From: a virus
Lineage: Duplodnaviria > Caudoviricetes
Virus record (IMG/VR): IMGVR_UViG_3300009431_000002
Coordinates: 128,001 to 192,000 of that record
DNA: 64,000 bases
Strand: one strand, 5' to 3'
Part shown: piece after piece, positions 63,001 to 64,000 of the stretch
How the letters are laid out: each line of letters opens with the position of its first letter
Numbering within the stretch: position 1 is the stretch's first letter
Program-made: the position numbers and the translations under genes
The notes under the pieces: model-generated
What the model was told of the DNA's origin: nothing
Database searches by the model: none
The model's input: only the letters and a program-made list of their open reading frames with translations

Positions 63001-64000
63001 CCTCGATGGTGGTCGGCTCGGAGAAGTAGACCCGGACGATGTTGTCGCACGTCGGGCTGCCGACGGAGTAGTCGACGAACACCATGTCGGCCAGGGCCAG
63101 CAGGATGTTCTCCAGCCCCAGGTAGTCGAGGATGTCCTCGGGGATGTCGAAGCCCAGCCGGCCCAAGAACTCGATGAGCCACGCGAAGAAGGCCACGATC
63201 CAGTCGAACGGGTCCTGGATGTTGCCGTAGTCGTCGTAGCAGTAGCCGTCGAACGCCGGCGGCTCCGGGAGGTCCGGCACGTCGGGCAGGCCCTCCTGGA
63301 ACATGTTCCAGAAGGCGCCGCAGGGGCCCACGGAGAACTCGCCGCGGATGGTCACGGCACAGATGTTGAACTGACCCCAGAACTCGTTGAGGTACGCGTA
63401 GTAGCTCGTGGCGGTCATCGTACCGCCCGGCAGCAGCGTGTCCTGCACGTCGGTGTCGTCGATCTCAACGATGGGGATCTGCAGGGTGAAGGTGTGGAGG
63501 TCGCGGATGTTGTACCCACCCGCGTTCGGACCGCTGGCGATGGTCAGGACGTCGCCGGGCTCCGCCTGGCACAGCGCCGGCTCCTCGGCCCCGTCCAGCA
63601 GCTGCCCCAGCTCAGCGATCTGGGCGGGCCAGTTGTCGGTGTCGAACGCCGCCAGAATGGAGGCCAGCGTCGGGATAGACACCTCGGGGATGGCCATGAA
63701 CACATCGTTGCAGCAGTTGAAGAACTCGGCCGGCAGGCACAGCTCCACCTGCATCACGTGGTCGGCCGTCAGCTCCTGTCCAGCGGGCCACGGCGCGAAG
63801 ATGCCGTCCTCGTCGATCACGACGTCCGGCACGTCCTTGCTGGGGAAGAAGGCCGCGTAGGTCTCTTCCAGCCACGTGACCACCGAGTTCCAGTAGGTCG
63901 CCACCTGCGGAGTCAGGGAGGTGTTGAGTCGGATGCCGTCCGCGTCGAACGACAGGCACACCGTGTACCCGTCGCAGGGGATGCACCCGTCGCCGTAGCA
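60032..64000 (-). CDS. Large baseplate J-like protein, 5' end outside the window
   Basis: The frame is open to 64000. C-terminus RHFLPSYVCFDGQYQGG...EVRDYIN resembles baseplate-J C-terminal regions; internal repeated beta domains. Confidence 0.62.
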   Translation of the reverse strand, partial: CYGDGCIPCDGYTVCLSFDADGIRLNTSLTPQVATYWNSVVTWLEETYAAFFPSKDVPDVVIDEDGIFAPWPAGQELTADHVMQVELCLPAEFFNCCNDVFMAIPEVSIPTLASILAAFDTDNWPAQIAELGQLLDGAEEPALCQAEPGDVLTIASGPNAGGYNIRDLHTFTLQIPIVEIDDTDVQDTLLPGGTMTATSYYAYLNEFWGQFNICAVTIRGEFSVGPCGAFWNMFQEGLPDVPDLPEPPAFDGYCYDDYGNIQDPFDWIVAFFAWLIEFLGRLGFDIPEDILDYLGLENILLALADMVFVDYSVGSPTCDNIVRVYFSEPTTIEVDSGGECTVLLAEEVDDVPITIHAGQPTLWSAVVGAEEALYTPSPDADPHQVFPSKESSEDTLEQDLPRDLEVVSQGTNSQLRITDMSVPAPIELMFLEGRDFVEIHEELFCLPSERATGGNAVVISDDVSAFTPPETEAVITSDAITFPYVAEAEESARVWSEAVPPVGPFVFAGGEILQITVNAPSIGMTATLQHSFAAGNISLTDIRDELNADAAFTAGLVQAETLNSSVPGQMVLAIRTLETGVQTSIFVVPGSTALSTGGGPIPWNTAAGAVGTSQGHSAETIRATVIDPNGTHVQEFTHVGQAQNGPVILVVPGATYNDMAQLLAEMLAAGFEDDGGTQVLSLTASGNSLVMTTIEGGATVTIEADVTTGAALNGHPAWTTPLGTGPAFATISVDVEDSSGTHTQSFTFPESVAVADAAAAAAAMNVPSFTEDAGVPVLTVTAVGDTVVVASVEVGGAVVVDVDQSSAATSGGYGYLTFDPAIGYGYDQAPSKDRIPAARIRRDTARIEVLESAGIDFVTLGVQAGDLLFLEEGLDAGGYVVESISALELVVDHVMTDNSSTPLKDGNDGSWDGDVAENTRFTVTAGTFDTDDLGRYLTIYGSHYPATNGSYKVLDVDTTSGAWVDLEIPAGYFPADSRESDVLWVLSGAPAEAPVETDVGGTELWGLRPFRLYSGTADVWVVSAVDTTLDNAVATFSVQDPLDPTHVPVDGYGQPFRVIRPGVQRVSSTVMATQRAGCMYYADFLVRSSGSDDIYNLTAMTRMEMVFGTYFSEGYRYETDDTRLTFSTHEEVAIHVSPAVLPVGADDDHASRIPVDSQRMQLRYTWAPLVAQLQRFVTSRQERAPDSDPLVRHFLPSYVCFDGQYQGGATEAGLYPEVRDYINDRDPLDELGVAAVEDKMRTSGATGWNHPSTLAAVTHDLDRRMVADRSEDKLGGDTEVYFNGSNRTSFFIPGALATGADEDIPAGEHIILTRQVGRGVIR

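Noticed and set aside
1-64000. tRNA/rRNA genes, inteins, introns, stop-codon reassignment
   Set aside because: Intergenic gaps are short with no cloverleaf or rRNA signatures; PolA, DnaB, RecA and RNAP show no intein-sized insertions; genes are intact in the standard code and end in both TGA and TAG.

Overview
This window looks like a fragment of a large, high-GC (roughly two-thirds G+C by eye), tailed dsDNA phage, probably a jumbo-type myovirus. It is not a bacterial chromosome. Genes fall into strand blocks. Plus-strand blocks (1-3059, 20901-22187, 27259-44129) carry a ParB-like HTH protein, RNase HII, an MmcB-like nuclease and a complete replication/recombination module: SF2 helicase, UDG, DnaB, primase, probable SSB, family A DNA polymerase, HU, RecA, two resolvase candidates and a Cas4-like exonuclease. 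Minus-strand blocks (2980-20811, 22242-27128, 44169-64000) carry virion-type genes: probable portal, spike, baseplate and tail proteins, many unknown proteins sharing an FxDELxKxA/KxA peptide motif, a SWIM protein, an SNF2 helicase, an inorganic-pyrophosphatase-like domain and a 2048-aa single-chain beta-beta' RNA polymerase. Main unexplained signals: (1) five copies of a 13-15 bp palindrome RCGACACWGTGTCGY, 8-15 kb apart and mostly inside genes, in a window that also has a ParB-like gene; (2) a fused, zinc-site-less cellular-type RNAP among putative capsid-internal proteins, possibly part of a virion-delivered transcription kit; (3) the shared KxA processing/packaging-like motif; (4) a candidate promoter motif GGYAYAAG-N4-GYAR in the AT-richer gaps ahead of plus-strand genes. 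All functional calls come from motif recognition by eye. No database search was run. I found no tRNA, rRNA, CRISPR array, integrase, terminase or recognisable major capsid protein.
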